64,000 bases of DNA from Faecalimonas sp. (GTDB lineage: Bacteria; Bacillota; Clostridia; Lachnospirales; Lachnospiraceae). Position numbers and translations under genes: made by a program. Position 1 is the stretch's first letter; every line of letters begins with the position of its first letter. Positions 10,381 through 20,303 of the stretch are shown here, in pieces. The notes under the pieces are model-generated. The model made no database searches, had not been told where the DNA came from, and saw only the letters and a program-made list of their open reading frames with translations. The stretch is taken from NCBI GenBank assembly GCA_045545895.1, contig JAZQBW010000070.1, forward strand, positions 17,089-81,088, given 5' to 3'.

Positions 10381-11148
10381 ATGAAATTCAGACCATGTAT
10401 TGATATACACAACGGAAAAGTAAAACAGATTGTAGGTGGTTCCTTGAAAGACGAAGGGAATCAAGCAATCACAAATTTTGCCTCAGAACAAGATGCGTCC
10501 TTTTATGCTGAAATGTATAAAAAAGATGAGCTTGCAGGTGGACATGTTATCCTGCTTAATTCCAAGGAATCCGAATATTATGAAGCGACAAAGGCCCAAG
10601 CTTTCAAGGCATTAAATGCATATCCAAACGGCCTACAGATTGGCGGAGGAATTACAGCAGAGAATGCTAGGGAATATATAGAAGCAGGGGCAAGCCATGT
10701 GATTGTGACCTCTTATGTGTTTAAGGATGGCGAGATTCAATGGGACAACCTGCGAAAACTTGTAGGAGAGGTTGGAAAAGAGCATGTGGTATTAGACCTC
10801 AGTTGTCGCAAAAAAGATGGTAGGTATTACGTGGTAACAAACCGTTGGCAGACATTTACGCAAGTCCAAGTGACAGCAGAGTTGTTAGAGGAATTGGCGG
10901 AATACTGCGATGAGTTTTTGGTTCACGGCGTAGATGTGGAAGGAAAATCATCTGGAGTGGAATTGGAATTAGTAAAGATACTGTCAGATTGGAATGGAAT
11001 CCCAATCACTTATGCCGGTGGCATCGGCAGCATGGAAGATTTAAGAGAATTTGAAAATGCAAGCAAAGGGAAGTTGGATTTCACCATTGGAAGTGCATTA
11101 GATTTGTTCGGTGGGAAAATTTCCTATGATATTGTGGCGAAGTTGTGA
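10381..11148 (+). CDS. hisA: ProFAR isomerase (His6/eukaryotic-type HisA)
   Basis: MKFRPCIDIHNGKVKQIVGGSL, LDLSCRK, HGVDVEG, TIGSALDLFGG; promoter TTGCAC-17-TATACT at 10321-10349. Confidence 0.9.
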   Translation: MKFRPCIDIHNGKVKQIVGGSLKDEGNQAITNFASEQDASFYAEMYKKDELAGGHVILLNSKESEYYEATKAQAFKALNAYPNGLQIGGGITAENAREYIEAGASHVIVTSYVFKDGEIQWDNLRKLVGEVGKEHVVLDLSCRKKDGRYYVVTNRWQTFTQVQVTAELLEELAEYCDEFLVHGVDVEGKSSGVELELVKILSDWNGIPITYAGGIGSMEDLREFENASKGKLDFTIGSALDLFGGKISYDIVAKL

Positions 11149-11245
11149 GAAAAGTGTAAAGAATCTGTAAATTGGTTGAACATAAAAGAAGATAATGTTA
11201 AAATAAAATTTAAGGTAAATTTTGGACAAAACAAGGAGTAATTAA

Positions 11246-13813
11246 ATGGGCTTTTTAGAAAAGATTTTTGGAACACATAGTCAAAATGAATTAAAACGTA
11301 TCTATCCGATTGCTGATCGTATTGAGGCGATGGACGAAGATATGCAAAAACTGACGGATGAAGAACTTCGAAATAAAACAAGAGAGTTTAAAGAAAGATT
11401 AGCAGACGGAGAGACGTTGGATGACATTCTACCGGAAGCGTATGCAGTGGTAAGAGAAGCTGCATGGAGAGCCATCGGTTTAAAACATTACCGCGTACAA
11501 TTGATTGGTGGTATTATTCTTCACCAAGGACGTATTGCCGAGATGAAGACTGGGGAAGGTAAAACATTGGTGTCCACACTTCCGGCATACTTAAATGCTC
11601 TTACCGGAAATGGTGTTCACATCGTAACAGTCAACGACTATCTTGCAAAACGTGATGCGGACTGGATGGGAGAAGTTCATAGATTCCTTGGACTTACAGT
11701 TGGTGTGGTTCTGAATGAGATGGAAAATGATGCCCGTAGAGAAGCATATAACTGTGACATTACCTATGTAACCAATAATGAACTTGGTTTCGATTATCTG
11801 AGAGATAACATGGTGATTTACAAAGAACAGTTGGTACAAAGAGGACTGCATTATGCAATCATCGATGAAGTGGACTCTGTATTAATCGACGAGGCAAGAA
11901 CACCGCTGATTATTTCCGGACAAAGCGGAAAGTCAACAAAATTATATGAAGCCTGTGATATTTTGGCTCGCCAGTTGATTCGCGGTGAAGCAAGTGGTGA
12001 ATTTTCGAAAATGAATGCTATCATGGGTGAAGAAATCACAGAAACCGGTGATTTCATTGTCAGTGAAAAAGAGAAACAGGTGAACCTGACAGAAGATGGT
12101 GTGAGAAAGGTAGAGCAGTTCTTCCATATCGAGAACTTGGCTGACCCAGAACACCTGGAAATTCAACATAATATTATTTTGGCCCTTCGTGCCCACAACT
12201 TAATGTTCAAAGACCAGAACTATGTGGTCACTGAAGATGGACAAGTTATGATTGTAGATGAGTTTACGGGACGTATTATGCCGGGACGCCGTTACTCAGA
12301 TGGGCTTCATCAGGCAATTGAAGCAAAGGAACATGTGAAGGTAAGACGTGAAAGTAAGACACTTGCTACCATTACATTCCAGAATCTGTTTAATAAATTT
12401 GAAAAGAAATGTGGTATGACAGGTACTGCCCTTACTGAAGAACAGGAATTCCGTGATATTTACGGAATGGACGTGGTAGAAGTTCCGACCAATGTTCCAG
12501 TTCAAAGACAAGACCTGGATGATGCTGTATACAAGACACAGAAAGAAAAATTCATTGCTGTATGTGATGAGATTGAAAGAGCACATGCAAATGGTCAACC
12601 AGTTTTGGTTGGTACGATTACCATTGAAACTTCAGAACTTCTTAGCTTGATGCTTCGCAAGAGAGGGATTAAGCATAACGTATTGAATGCCAAATATCAT
12701 GCAATGGAAGCTGAGATTGTAGCGCAGGCAGGTGTGCACGGTGCTGTAACCATCGCTACCAACATGGCAGGTCGTGGTACGGATATTAAGTTGGACGAAG
12801 AAGCCAGAGCAGCAGGGGGACTTAAGATTATCGGTACAGAGCGTCATGAATCCAGACGTATTGACAATCAGCTCCGAGGACGTGCCGGTCGTCAGGGAGA
12901 CCCAGGTGAATCCAGATTCTATATTTCGCTGGAAGATGACTTGATGAGATTATTCGGCTCCGAGAGACTGATGGGAATATTTAATACCCTAGGAGTGGCG
13001 GACGGAGAACAGATTGAGCATAAGATGCTTTCCGATGCAATCGAAAAGGCACAGAAAAAGATAGAAAGCAATCACTTTGGAGTTCGTAAGAACCTGTTAG
13101 AGTACGACCAGGTTATGAACGAGCAAAGAGAGATTATTTACGAAGAAAGACGCCGTGTATTAGACGGAGAAAGTATGCGGGATTCTATTTACAACATGCT
13201 GACAGAGTATGTGGAGAGAACCGTAGATTTGTATGCTTCCCCAGAAGCTGAGTCAGATGAATGGGATTTAGAAACATTGAATGTGGAATTAGATAAGTCT
13301 CTTCTCCTTCCACCGGTGACATTTGAAGAAGTAAAAGAAATGTCACAAAAAGAAATGAAGCATATGTTAAAGGAGCGTGCCGTAAAAGGATATGAAGCAA
13401 AAGAAGCAGAGTTTCCGGAGGCAGAGCAACTTCGTGAAATTGAACGTGTCATCCTTCTGAAAGTAATTGATAGAAAATGGATGGATCACATTGATGATAT
13501 GGACCAGCTACGTCAAGGTATTGGACTGCAGTCATATGGTCAGAAGAACCCATTGGTAGAATACAAGATGCTGGGATATGATATGTTCGGCGAGATGACC
13601 GATGGTATCGGTGAGGATACAGTTCGCTTGCTGTTCCATGTTCGTTTAGAGCAGAAGGTGGAGAGAGAGCAGGTTGCGAAAGTAACCGGAACCAATAAGG
13701 ATGAAAGTCTTGCCCGTGCACCAAAGAAACGTGAGGACAAGAAGATTTATCCAAATGATCCATGTCCATGTGGAAGTGGAAAGAAATATAAACAATGCTG
13801 TGGCAGAAAATAG
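11246..13813 (+). CDS. secA: Preprotein translocase ATPase SecA
   Basis: [28 protein letters not shown]-terminal [14 protein letters not shown] zinc motif. Confidence 0.98.
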   Translation: MGFLEKIFGTHSQNELKRIYPIADRIEAMDEDMQKLTDEELRNKTREFKERLADGETLDDILPEAYAVVREAAWRAIGLKHYRVQLIGGIILHQGRIAEMKTGEGKTLVSTLPAYLNALTGNGVHIVTVNDYLAKRDADWMGEVHRFLGLTVGVVLNEMENDARREAYNCDITYVTNNELGFDYLRDNMVIYKEQLVQRGLHYAIIDEVDSVLIDEARTPLIISGQSGKSTKLYEACDILARQLIRGEASGEFSKMNAIMGEEITETGDFIVSEKEKQVNLTEDGVRKVEQFFHIENLADPEHLEIQHNIILALRAHNLMFKDQNYVVTEDGQVMIVDEFTGRIMPGRRYSDGLHQAIEAKEHVKVRRESKTLATITFQNLFNKFEKKCGMTGTALTEEQEFRDIYGMDVVEVPTNVPVQRQDLDDAVYKTQKEKFIAVCDEIERAHANGQPVLVGTITIETSELLSLMLRKRGIKHNVLNAKYHAMEAEIVAQAGVHGAVTIATNMAGRGTDIKLDEEARAAGGLKIIGTERHESRRIDNQLRGRAGRQGDPGESRFYISLEDDLMRLFGSERLMGIFNTLGVADGEQIEHKMLSDAIEKAQKKIESNHFGVRKNLLEYDQVMNEQREIIYEERRRVLDGESMRDSIYNMLTEYVERTVDLYASPEAESDEWDLETLNVELDKSLLLPPVTFEEVKEMSQKEMKHMLKERAVKGYEAKEAEFPEAEQLREIERVILLKVIDRKWMDHIDDMDQLRQGIGLQSYGQKNPLVEYKMLGYDMFGEMTDGIGEDTVRLLFHVRLEQKVEREQVAKVTGTNKDESLARAPKKREDKKIYPNDPCPCGSGKKYKQCCGRK

Positions 13814-13823
13814 AGGTGAGAAC

Positions 13824-14928
13824 GTGGTCGAATTAGACAATTACAAAGTAAGATTGAATTCCTACGAAGAACCACTGAAGGAAATGAGGGATTCACTTTG
13901 ACCTGTCTGGTAAGGAAAAACGGGTTGAAGAGTTAGAACGCAAGATAGAAGAACCGGGATTTTGGGATAATGCTGAAAACTCTCAGCATGTGATGAAAGA
14001 ATTAAAGAGTTTGAAAGACTTTATCGAAACCGCAGATGGCCTTATGACAAGTTTTGAAGACATTGGTCTGTTAATTGAGATGGCCTATGAAGAAAATGAT
14101 GAAAGTCTGATTCCTGAGATTGAGGAAGAACTGAATGTTTTCGAAGAATGCTTCGAAAACATCCGCATTCAGACCCTTCTTTCCGGAGAATACGATAAAG
14201 ATAATGCCATTGTTACCTTGCACGCAGGTGCAGGTGGAACAGAGTCCTGTGACTGGGCCAACATGCTTTACCGCATGTATACCCGATGGGCGGAACGCAA
14301 AGGGTTTTCCGTACAGGTGCTGGATTTTCTGGATGGTGATGTTGCGGGGATTAAGGCCATTACATTCCAGGTAAACGGAGAAAATGCATATGGATATTTA
14401 AAATCTGAAAAAGGGGTACACCGTTTGGTGCGTATTTCTCCTTTTAATGCAGCAGGAAAAAGGCAGACTTCCTTTGCATCTTGCGACGTGGTACCGGATA
14501 TTGAGGATGACATTGATATTGAAATCAATGATGATGATTTGAAGATTGACACCTACCGTGCAAGTGGTGCAGGAGGACAGCATGTCAACAAGACATCTTC
14601 CGCAATCCGTATTACACACCTTCCAACGGGAATCGTGGTACAGTGTCAAAATGAACGTTCTCAACATAACAATAAAGAAAAAGCCATGCAGATGTTAAAG
14701 GCAAAGCTGTATTTGTTGAAAGAACAGGAGCAGGCAGAAAAAGTGTCGGATATACGAGGGGAAATCAAGGAGATTGGATTTGGCAATCAGATTCGTTCGT
14801 ATGTTATGCAGCCATATACGCTGGTGAAAGACCACAGAACCAATGTGGAAATCGGTAACGTAACCAGCGTGCTGGATGGAAATATTGATTTATTTATGAA
14901 TGCCTATTTAAAGGCGCAGAATATATAA
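13824..14928 (+). CDS. prfB: Peptide chain release factor 2, expressed through a programmed +1 frameshift
   Basis: GTG 13824 opens 25 codons ending CTT TGA C (13896-13902); the +1 frame continues to 14928 with SPF and GGQ motifs. Confidence 0.96.
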
Positions 14929-14952
14929 AGCAGGAGGCAGAGAGTAAACGTC

Positions 14953-16170
14953 ATGATAAAAATTGCAGTATTAGGATACGGAACAGTAGGTTCAGGGGTA
15001 GTAGAAGTCATCCATACAAATGGAACAGTGATCAATCAGAGAATTGGTGATACATTGGAAATCAAATATGTGTTAGACTTACGAGATTTCCCGGGAACAC
15101 CTGTAGAGAATCTGATTACACATAATTTTGAGGATATTGTAAATGATGAAGAAATAAAGATTGTAGTGGAAGTAATGGGAGGTATCGAGCCTGCTTACAC
15201 ATTTGTAAAGAGAAGTCTTTTGGCAGGCAAGAGTGTTGCTACATCCAACAAAGCGTTGGTTGCGAAGCATGGTGCAGAATTATTGGCGATTGCCAAAGAA
15301 AAGAATATTAATTTCTTGTATGAAGCAAGTGTTGGCGGAGGTATCCCAATTATTCGTCCACTGGCATCGTCACTCACAGGCGATGTGATTGAAGAGATTA
15401 CAGGTATATTAAATGGTACAACCAACTATATGATGAGTAAGATGTATCACGAAGATGCAGATTACGATGCGGTATTGAAGGAAGCACAGGCAATGGGCTA
15501 CGCAGAGAGAGACCCAAGCGCTGACGTGGAGGGACATGATGCCTGCAGAAAGATTGCCATTCTTTCTTCCATTATTTCAGGAAAACAAGTGGATTTCGAG
15601 GATATTTATACAGAAGGTATTACAGAAATCACATTAGAGGATATTCAGTATGCAAAAGCAATGGATATGAAGATTAAGTTACTTGCTTCATGCAAACGCT
15701 CCGGTGACAAACTGTGTGCTATTGTTGCGCCGCACCTTGTATCTAAGAATCATCCTCTTTATAACATCGAGGATGTGTTCAATGCTATTTTTGTAAAAGG
15801 AAATATGCTTGGCGATTCCATGTTCTATGGAAGCGGAGCAGGAAAACTTCCGACAGCCAGTGCGGTGGTAGGCGATATTGTGGAAGCCGCAAAGAATCCA
15901 AACCGCAGTATGATGGCAACCTGGGATGCTGAAAAATTAGCATTGGAAGAAAAGTCAGAAACCAGAAAGAAATTCTTTGTACGCGTAAAAGGTACAGGGG
16001 AAGCATTAAAAGTTGAGTTAGCAAAAGTGTTTGGTAAGATTCAGATTATCAAACTTGCAAATGTGGACGATGAATTTGGTTTCATTACAGATGTGATGAG
16101 TGAAGGAAATTATGAAGGGTGCGCAAAACAATTTCCACAGATTTGTCATATGATAAGAGTGGAAGCTTAG
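14953..16170 (+). CDS. hom: Homoserine dehydrogenase
   Basis: GYGTVGSG, EASVGGGIP, GILNGTTNY, GAGKLPTASAV. Confidence 0.95.
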   Translation: MIKIAVLGYGTVGSGVVEVIHTNGTVINQRIGDTLEIKYVLDLRDFPGTPVENLITHNFEDIVNDEEIKIVVEVMGGIEPAYTFVKRSLLAGKSVATSNKALVAKHGAELLAIAKEKNINFLYEASVGGGIPIIRPLASSLTGDVIEEITGILNGTTNYMMSKMYHEDADYDAVLKEAQAMGYAERDPSADVEGHDACRKIAILSSIISGKQVDFEDIYTEGITEITLEDIQYAKAMDMKIKLLASCKRSGDKLCAIVAPHLVSKNHPLYNIEDVFNAIFVKGNMLGDSMFYGSGAGKLPTASAVVGDIVEAAKNPNRSMMATWDAEKLALEEKSETRKKFFVRVKGTGEALKVELAKVFGKIQIIKLANVDDEFGFITDVMSEGNYEGCAKQFPQICHMIRVEA

Positions 16171-16199
16171 ACGCAAAAGAGATGTAGGGGGCAGAATCA

Positions 16200-17402
16200 G
16201 TGAAATATATCATTGTATTAGGCGATGGAATGGCAGATGAGCCAATAGAAGTACTTGGCGGAAAGACGCCGCTCCAAGTGGCAGATAAAAAAGCAATGGA
16301 TGCATTGGCAAAAAGCGCAGAATCCGGGCTTGCATATATGGTTCCGGAGGGCATGAGTCCAGGAAGCGACACCGCCAATTTATCAGTGTCAGGGTATAAT
16401 CCGAAGATTTATTATACAGGACGCTCGCCTCTTGAGGCGCTTAGTATCGGAGTGGATATGAAACCAACGGATGTTTCCCTTCGGTGCAATGTAGTGACCT
16501 TATCAGAAGAGGAAGAGGCATACGAAGACAAAAGAGTCATGGACCATAGCTCTAGTGAAATCAGCACAGAAGAAGCGGCTGTATTGGTGGAAGCATTGAA
16601 GGAAGGCCTGAAAAAAGAAGGGTACGAGTTCTATGTGGGAACTAGCTACCGCCATCTTTTAGTATGGGCAAATGGGAAAGTGGTGGAACTGACTCCGCCA
16701 CACGACATCTTGACACAGAGAATCGGGGATTATCTTCCAGAGGATCCGGTGCTTCGTGACATGATGAAAAAGAGCTACGATATATTGGTAAATCATCCGA
16801 TTAATTTAAAGAGAAAAGAACAGGGACTTAATCCTGCAAATTCAGCATGGTTCTGGGGCGCAGGTACAAGACCGGCGCTGAAGTCATTTGAAGAAAAGAC
16901 CGGAAAACGAGGTGTTATGATTTCTGCGGTAGACCTGTTAAAAGGGATTGCTGTGGGAACTGGTATGGATAATATATCTGTAGAAGGGGCAAATGGTGGC
17001 CTTCATACCAATTATGAAGGAAAGGCAAGAGCAGCCTTGGATGCACTCTTAAACAAGGGGTATGATTTTGCTTATATCCACGTAGAGGCTCCGGATGAGA
17101 TGGGACATCAAGGCCTTGTAAATGAAAAGATAGAGGCTATTGAAAAACTGGATAAACATGTGGTACAGGTGTTAATAGAAGAATTGGATCAATCGGGGGA
17201 AGATTACCGAATGCTCATTCTTCCGGACCATCCCACACCGATTCGTATTCGTACCCACTCTAATGGTCCGGTACCATATTTGCTTTACGATAATCGAAAA
17301 AAACTTGGAGGTCAAGAAAATTATAGCGAAGAAACAGCGAAAGAAAGCCAGCTTGTTTGGAAAGATGGCTACAAGCTGATTGACCACTTGTTGGAGGACT
17401 AA
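16200..17402 (+). CDS. apgM: ApgM-family cofactor-independent phosphoglycerate mutase-like protein
   Basis: LGDGMAD, KTPL, PGSDTAN, HVEAPDEMGH, PDHPTP metal-site motifs. Confidence 0.85.
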   Translation: MKYIIVLGDGMADEPIEVLGGKTPLQVADKKAMDALAKSAESGLAYMVPEGMSPGSDTANLSVSGYNPKIYYTGRSPLEALSIGVDMKPTDVSLRCNVVTLSEEEEAYEDKRVMDHSSSEISTEEAAVLVEALKEGLKKEGYEFYVGTSYRHLLVWANGKVVELTPPHDILTQRIGDYLPEDPVLRDMMKKSYDILVNHPINLKRKEQGLNPANSAWFWGAGTRPALKSFEEKTGKRGVMISAVDLLKGIAVGTGMDNISVEGANGGLHTNYEGKARAALDALLNKGYDFAYIHVEAPDEMGHQGLVNEKIEAIEKLDKHVVQVLIEELDQSGEDYRMLILPDHPTPIRIRTHSNGPVPYLLYDNRKKLGGQENYSEETAKESQLVWKDGYKLIDHLLED

Positions 17403-17406
17403 CCTT

Positions 17407-18615
17407 ATGTTGATTGTGAAGAAATTTGGCGGAAGCTCCGTTGCAAATAAAGAAAGAATTTTCAATGTAGCTAGACGCTGTATCGAAGATTATAAGAAAG
17501 GCCACGACATTGTTGTGGTTCTTTCTGCTATGGGAGATACTACAGATGAACTTTTAGCACTTGCAAAGAGTATCAATCCAGATGCCTCAAAAAGAGAGAT
17601 GGATATGCTTCTTACTACAGGGGAGCAGGTATCTGTGTCCCTTATGGCCATGGCTATGCAAGCACTGGGAGTTCCGGCTATATCCTTGAATGGATTTCAG
17701 GTAAAAATGAATTGTACTTCTCGCTATGGTAATGCCAGATTCAAACGTATCGATACAGAACGTATTGAGAACGAACTGGAAGCGAAGAAGATTGTGATTG
17801 TTACCGGTTTCCAAGGTGTGAATAAGTATGACGACTATGCTACGCTGGGACGCGGAGGTTCCGATACAACAGCAGTTGCCCTAGCAGCGGCACTTCATGC
17901 GGACAAATGTGAGATTTACACAGATGTAGATGGAGTATTTACGGCAGACCCACGTGTGGTTCCGGATGCAAGAAAAATCGAAGAGATTACATACGATGAG
18001 ATGTTGGAACTCGCCACATCAGGGGCCAAGGTATTGCACAGCCGCTCCGTGGAATTGGCGAAGAAATATGGTGTACAGATGGTGGTACGCTCAAGCTTAA
18101 ATGATTCAGAAGGTACAACGGTCAAGGAGGTAGTGAAGATGGAAAAAATGTTAATTACCGGTGTTGCGGCAGACAAAAATACTGCAAGAATTTCCGTAAT
18201 AGGAGTGGAAGACAAACCAGGTACAGCGTTTAAAGTATTCCATAGATTGGCAAAGAACGGAATCAATATTGATATTATTCTGCAATCTGTAGGACGTGAT
18301 GGTACAAAGGATATTTCCTTCACTGTTTCTCAGGATGACCTCAAAGATGGAATTCGTGTGCTAGAGGAAAATAAAGAGGCTCTTGGCATCCAAGAGATTA
18401 CATACAATGAAAATGTTGCCAAGGTAGCTATCGTAGGTGCAGGTATGATGAGTAATCCAGGTGTAGCTTCTCAGATGTTTGAGGCACTCTATAGTTATGG
18501 AGTGAATATTAATATGATTTCCACATCGGAGATAAGAATTACAGTACTCATTGATGAGAAGGACGTGGACCGGGCGGTGAGAGCCATCCATGAGAAGTTC
18601 TCATTGGGAGAATAG
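17407..18615 (+). CDS. lysC: Aspartate kinase (alpha subunit; nested beta start likely at 18139)
   Basis: KFGGSSV, TLGRGGSDTTA, YTDVDGV, two C-terminal ACT domains. Confidence 0.95.
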   Translation: MLIVKKFGGSSVANKERIFNVARRCIEDYKKGHDIVVVLSAMGDTTDELLALAKSINPDASKREMDMLLTTGEQVSVSLMAMAMQALGVPAISLNGFQVKMNCTSRYGNARFKRIDTERIENELEAKKIVIVTGFQGVNKYDDYATLGRGGSDTTAVALAAALHADKCEIYTDVDGVFTADPRVVPDARKIEEITYDEMLELATSGAKVLHSRSVELAKKYGVQMVVRSSLNDSEGTTVKEVVKMEKMLITGVAADKNTARISVIGVEDKPGTAFKVFHRLAKNGINIDIILQSVGRDGTKDISFTVSQDDLKDGIRVLEENKEALGIQEITYNENVAKVAIVGAGMMSNPGVASQMFEALYSYGVNINMISTSEIRITVLIDEKDVDRAVRAIHEKFSLGE

Positions 18616-18645
18616 GGATAAATTCAATGGCGATGCGCCAAAATG

Positions 18646-18679
18646 GAAAACCCACGAGCTGCAACTCGTGGGTTTTCTT
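18646..18679 (+). terminator. Terminator of the hom-apgM-lysC operon
   Basis: Perfect 13-bp stem gaaaacccacgag/ctcgtgggttttc. Confidence 0.8.
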
Positions 18680-18719
18680 GTCTAATTAATTTGGAAGGAA
18701 GACAATTTTAATTTATGTA

Positions 18720-18748
18720 TTGACTTTGCTTTTTTGGTAAATTATAAT
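18720..18748 (+). promoter_or_regulatory. Near-consensus sigmaA promoter of the ATPase gene
   Basis: TTGACT-17-TATAAT. Confidence 0.75.
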
Positions 18749-18793
18749 TAAGTAAATCGTAAATAAGTAAATTTTAAATAAGCAAATTTGCAT
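18734..18793 (+). repeat. Four imperfect 15-bp tandem repeats over the -10 element and 5' UTR
   Basis: ttggtaaattataat / taagtaaatcgtaaa / taagtaaattttaaa / taagcaaatttgcat. Confidence 0.65.
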
Positions 18794-18814
18794 GATTAAA
18801 ACGGAGGTCTTGGT

Positions 18815-20215
18815 ATGTTTATCGGTAGAGAAAAAGAACTTGAGAATTTAGACAAGCTGTATACTTCAGAAAAATTTGAATTCGCAGTAATATATGGTCG
18901 CAGACGTGTCGGCAAAACTGCTATTATTAACGAATTTACAAAAGAGAAACCTTCTATTTGTTTTACCGGTGTTGAAACAAACGAAAAACAAAACCTAGAG
19001 AACTTTAGCAAATGTATTTTGGAATATGTGACAAAGAAACCTGCAAATACTTCTTTCGATTCATTTCAAACTGCATTAGAGTTTGTTTTTGACTTAGCTG
19101 AAGAAGAAAGAATCGTATTAGTAATTGACGAGTATCCATATGTGGCTCGTGCTTCTAAAAGTTTGGCTTCTACATTGCAATTATTAATTGACAAATATAA
19201 AGATACTTCCAAATTGTTTCTTATTCTTTGCGGTTCTTCTATGTCTTATATGGAAGATCAAGTGCTTGCGTACAAAGCACCACTATACGGTCGTAGAACT
19301 GCTCAGTTTAAAGTACAACCATTTGAATTTCAGGAAGCATGCAAATATTTCAATCAATTATCAGATGAAGATAAGGCATTGGCTTATGGCATTGTAGGTG
19401 GTACACCTCAATATCTATTGCAATTAAATGACAAATTATCCATCGAAGATAATATTAAAAATATGTATCTCAATCCAGCATCTTCTATTTATGAAGAACC
19501 ACAGAACTTATTAAAACAAGAAGTGCGTGAGCCAGCAATTTATAATGCCATCATTGCTGCTATTGCTAGCGGATACTCAAAAATGTCAGAAATATCCACA
19601 AAGGTTGGAGAAGAAAGTAGCGTATGTGCAACTTATATTAAAAACTTAATTTCATTAGGAATAGTAAAAAAAGAGACACCTTTCGGTGAAGATTCTGCGC
19701 GAAAGACGATTTATTCTATTGAAGATAATATGTTCCGTTTCTGGTATCGATTTGTTCCGGAAAACACATCGATCATCTCACGTGGCGCAACAGACCTTGC
19801 TTATAATCGAATTAAGCCACATTTGTCGGATTATATGGGTGGCGTGTTTGAAGATATTTGCAAGCAATATCTGTGGGCACTCTTGTTAAGTGGTAAATGT
19901 GCGATTGATTTTGCTGACATTGGAAGATGGTGGGGAACTGATTCAAAGACCAGACAACAGGTTGAAATTGATATGATGGGAATAGCGGATAAAAATACAG
20001 CTCTTTTTGGAGAATGCAAGTGGACGAATGAAAATGTTGACTTGAGTGTATTGGAGAACTTGATAGAAAAGAGCCAGTTGTTCCATTATAAAAATAAGCA
20101 TTACTATTTGTTTGCTAAAAATGGATTCACAAAAGGATGTGTAGAGAAAGCAGATGAGATGGGAAATGTAACATTAATAAAATATAAGGACATGATTGGC
20201 TTTGTAGCAAATTAG
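18815..20215 (+). CDS. Archaeal-type ATPase (COG1672-like) with winged helix and C-terminal DUF234 PD-(D/E)xK-like domain
   Basis: MFIGREKEL, Walker A GRRRVGKT, Walker B IDEYPY, LILCGSS, GGTPQYL, DNMFRFWYRFV, GRWWG...EID...GECKW. Confidence 0.88.
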   Translation: MFIGREKELENLDKLYTSEKFEFAVIYGRRRVGKTAIINEFTKEKPSICFTGVETNEKQNLENFSKCILEYVTKKPANTSFDSFQTALEFVFDLAEEERIVLVIDEYPYVARASKSLASTLQLLIDKYKDTSKLFLILCGSSMSYMEDQVLAYKAPLYGRRTAQFKVQPFEFQEACKYFNQLSDEDKALAYGIVGGTPQYLLQLNDKLSIEDNIKNMYLNPASSIYEEPQNLLKQEVREPAIYNAIIAAIASGYSKMSEISTKVGEESSVCATYIKNLISLGIVKKETPFGEDSARKTIYSIEDNMFRFWYRFVPENTSIISRGATDLAYNRIKPHLSDYMGGVFEDICKQYLWALLLSGKCAIDFADIGRWWGTDSKTRQQVEIDMMGIADKNTALFGECKWTNENVDLSVLENLIEKSQLFHYKNKHYYLFAKNGFTKGCVEKADEMGNVTLIKYKDMIGFVAN

Positions 20216-20226
20216 ATTCTATAATT

Positions 20227-20249
20227 TTAGCGGGGATTATCCCCGCTAA
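20227..20249. terminator. Hairpin between the convergent ATPase and lipid kinase genes
   Basis: ttagcggggat-t-atccccgctaa palindrome, T-run shortly downstream. Confidence 0.65.
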
Positions 20250-20303
20250 TATTTTTGCCTGGATTCATTCCACTCGAATGGACAATCCCTTGAAAAACAA
20301 GTT

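Noticed and set aside
13701-13990. Apparent pseudogene or split in prfB
   Set aside because: It is the canonical programmed frameshift
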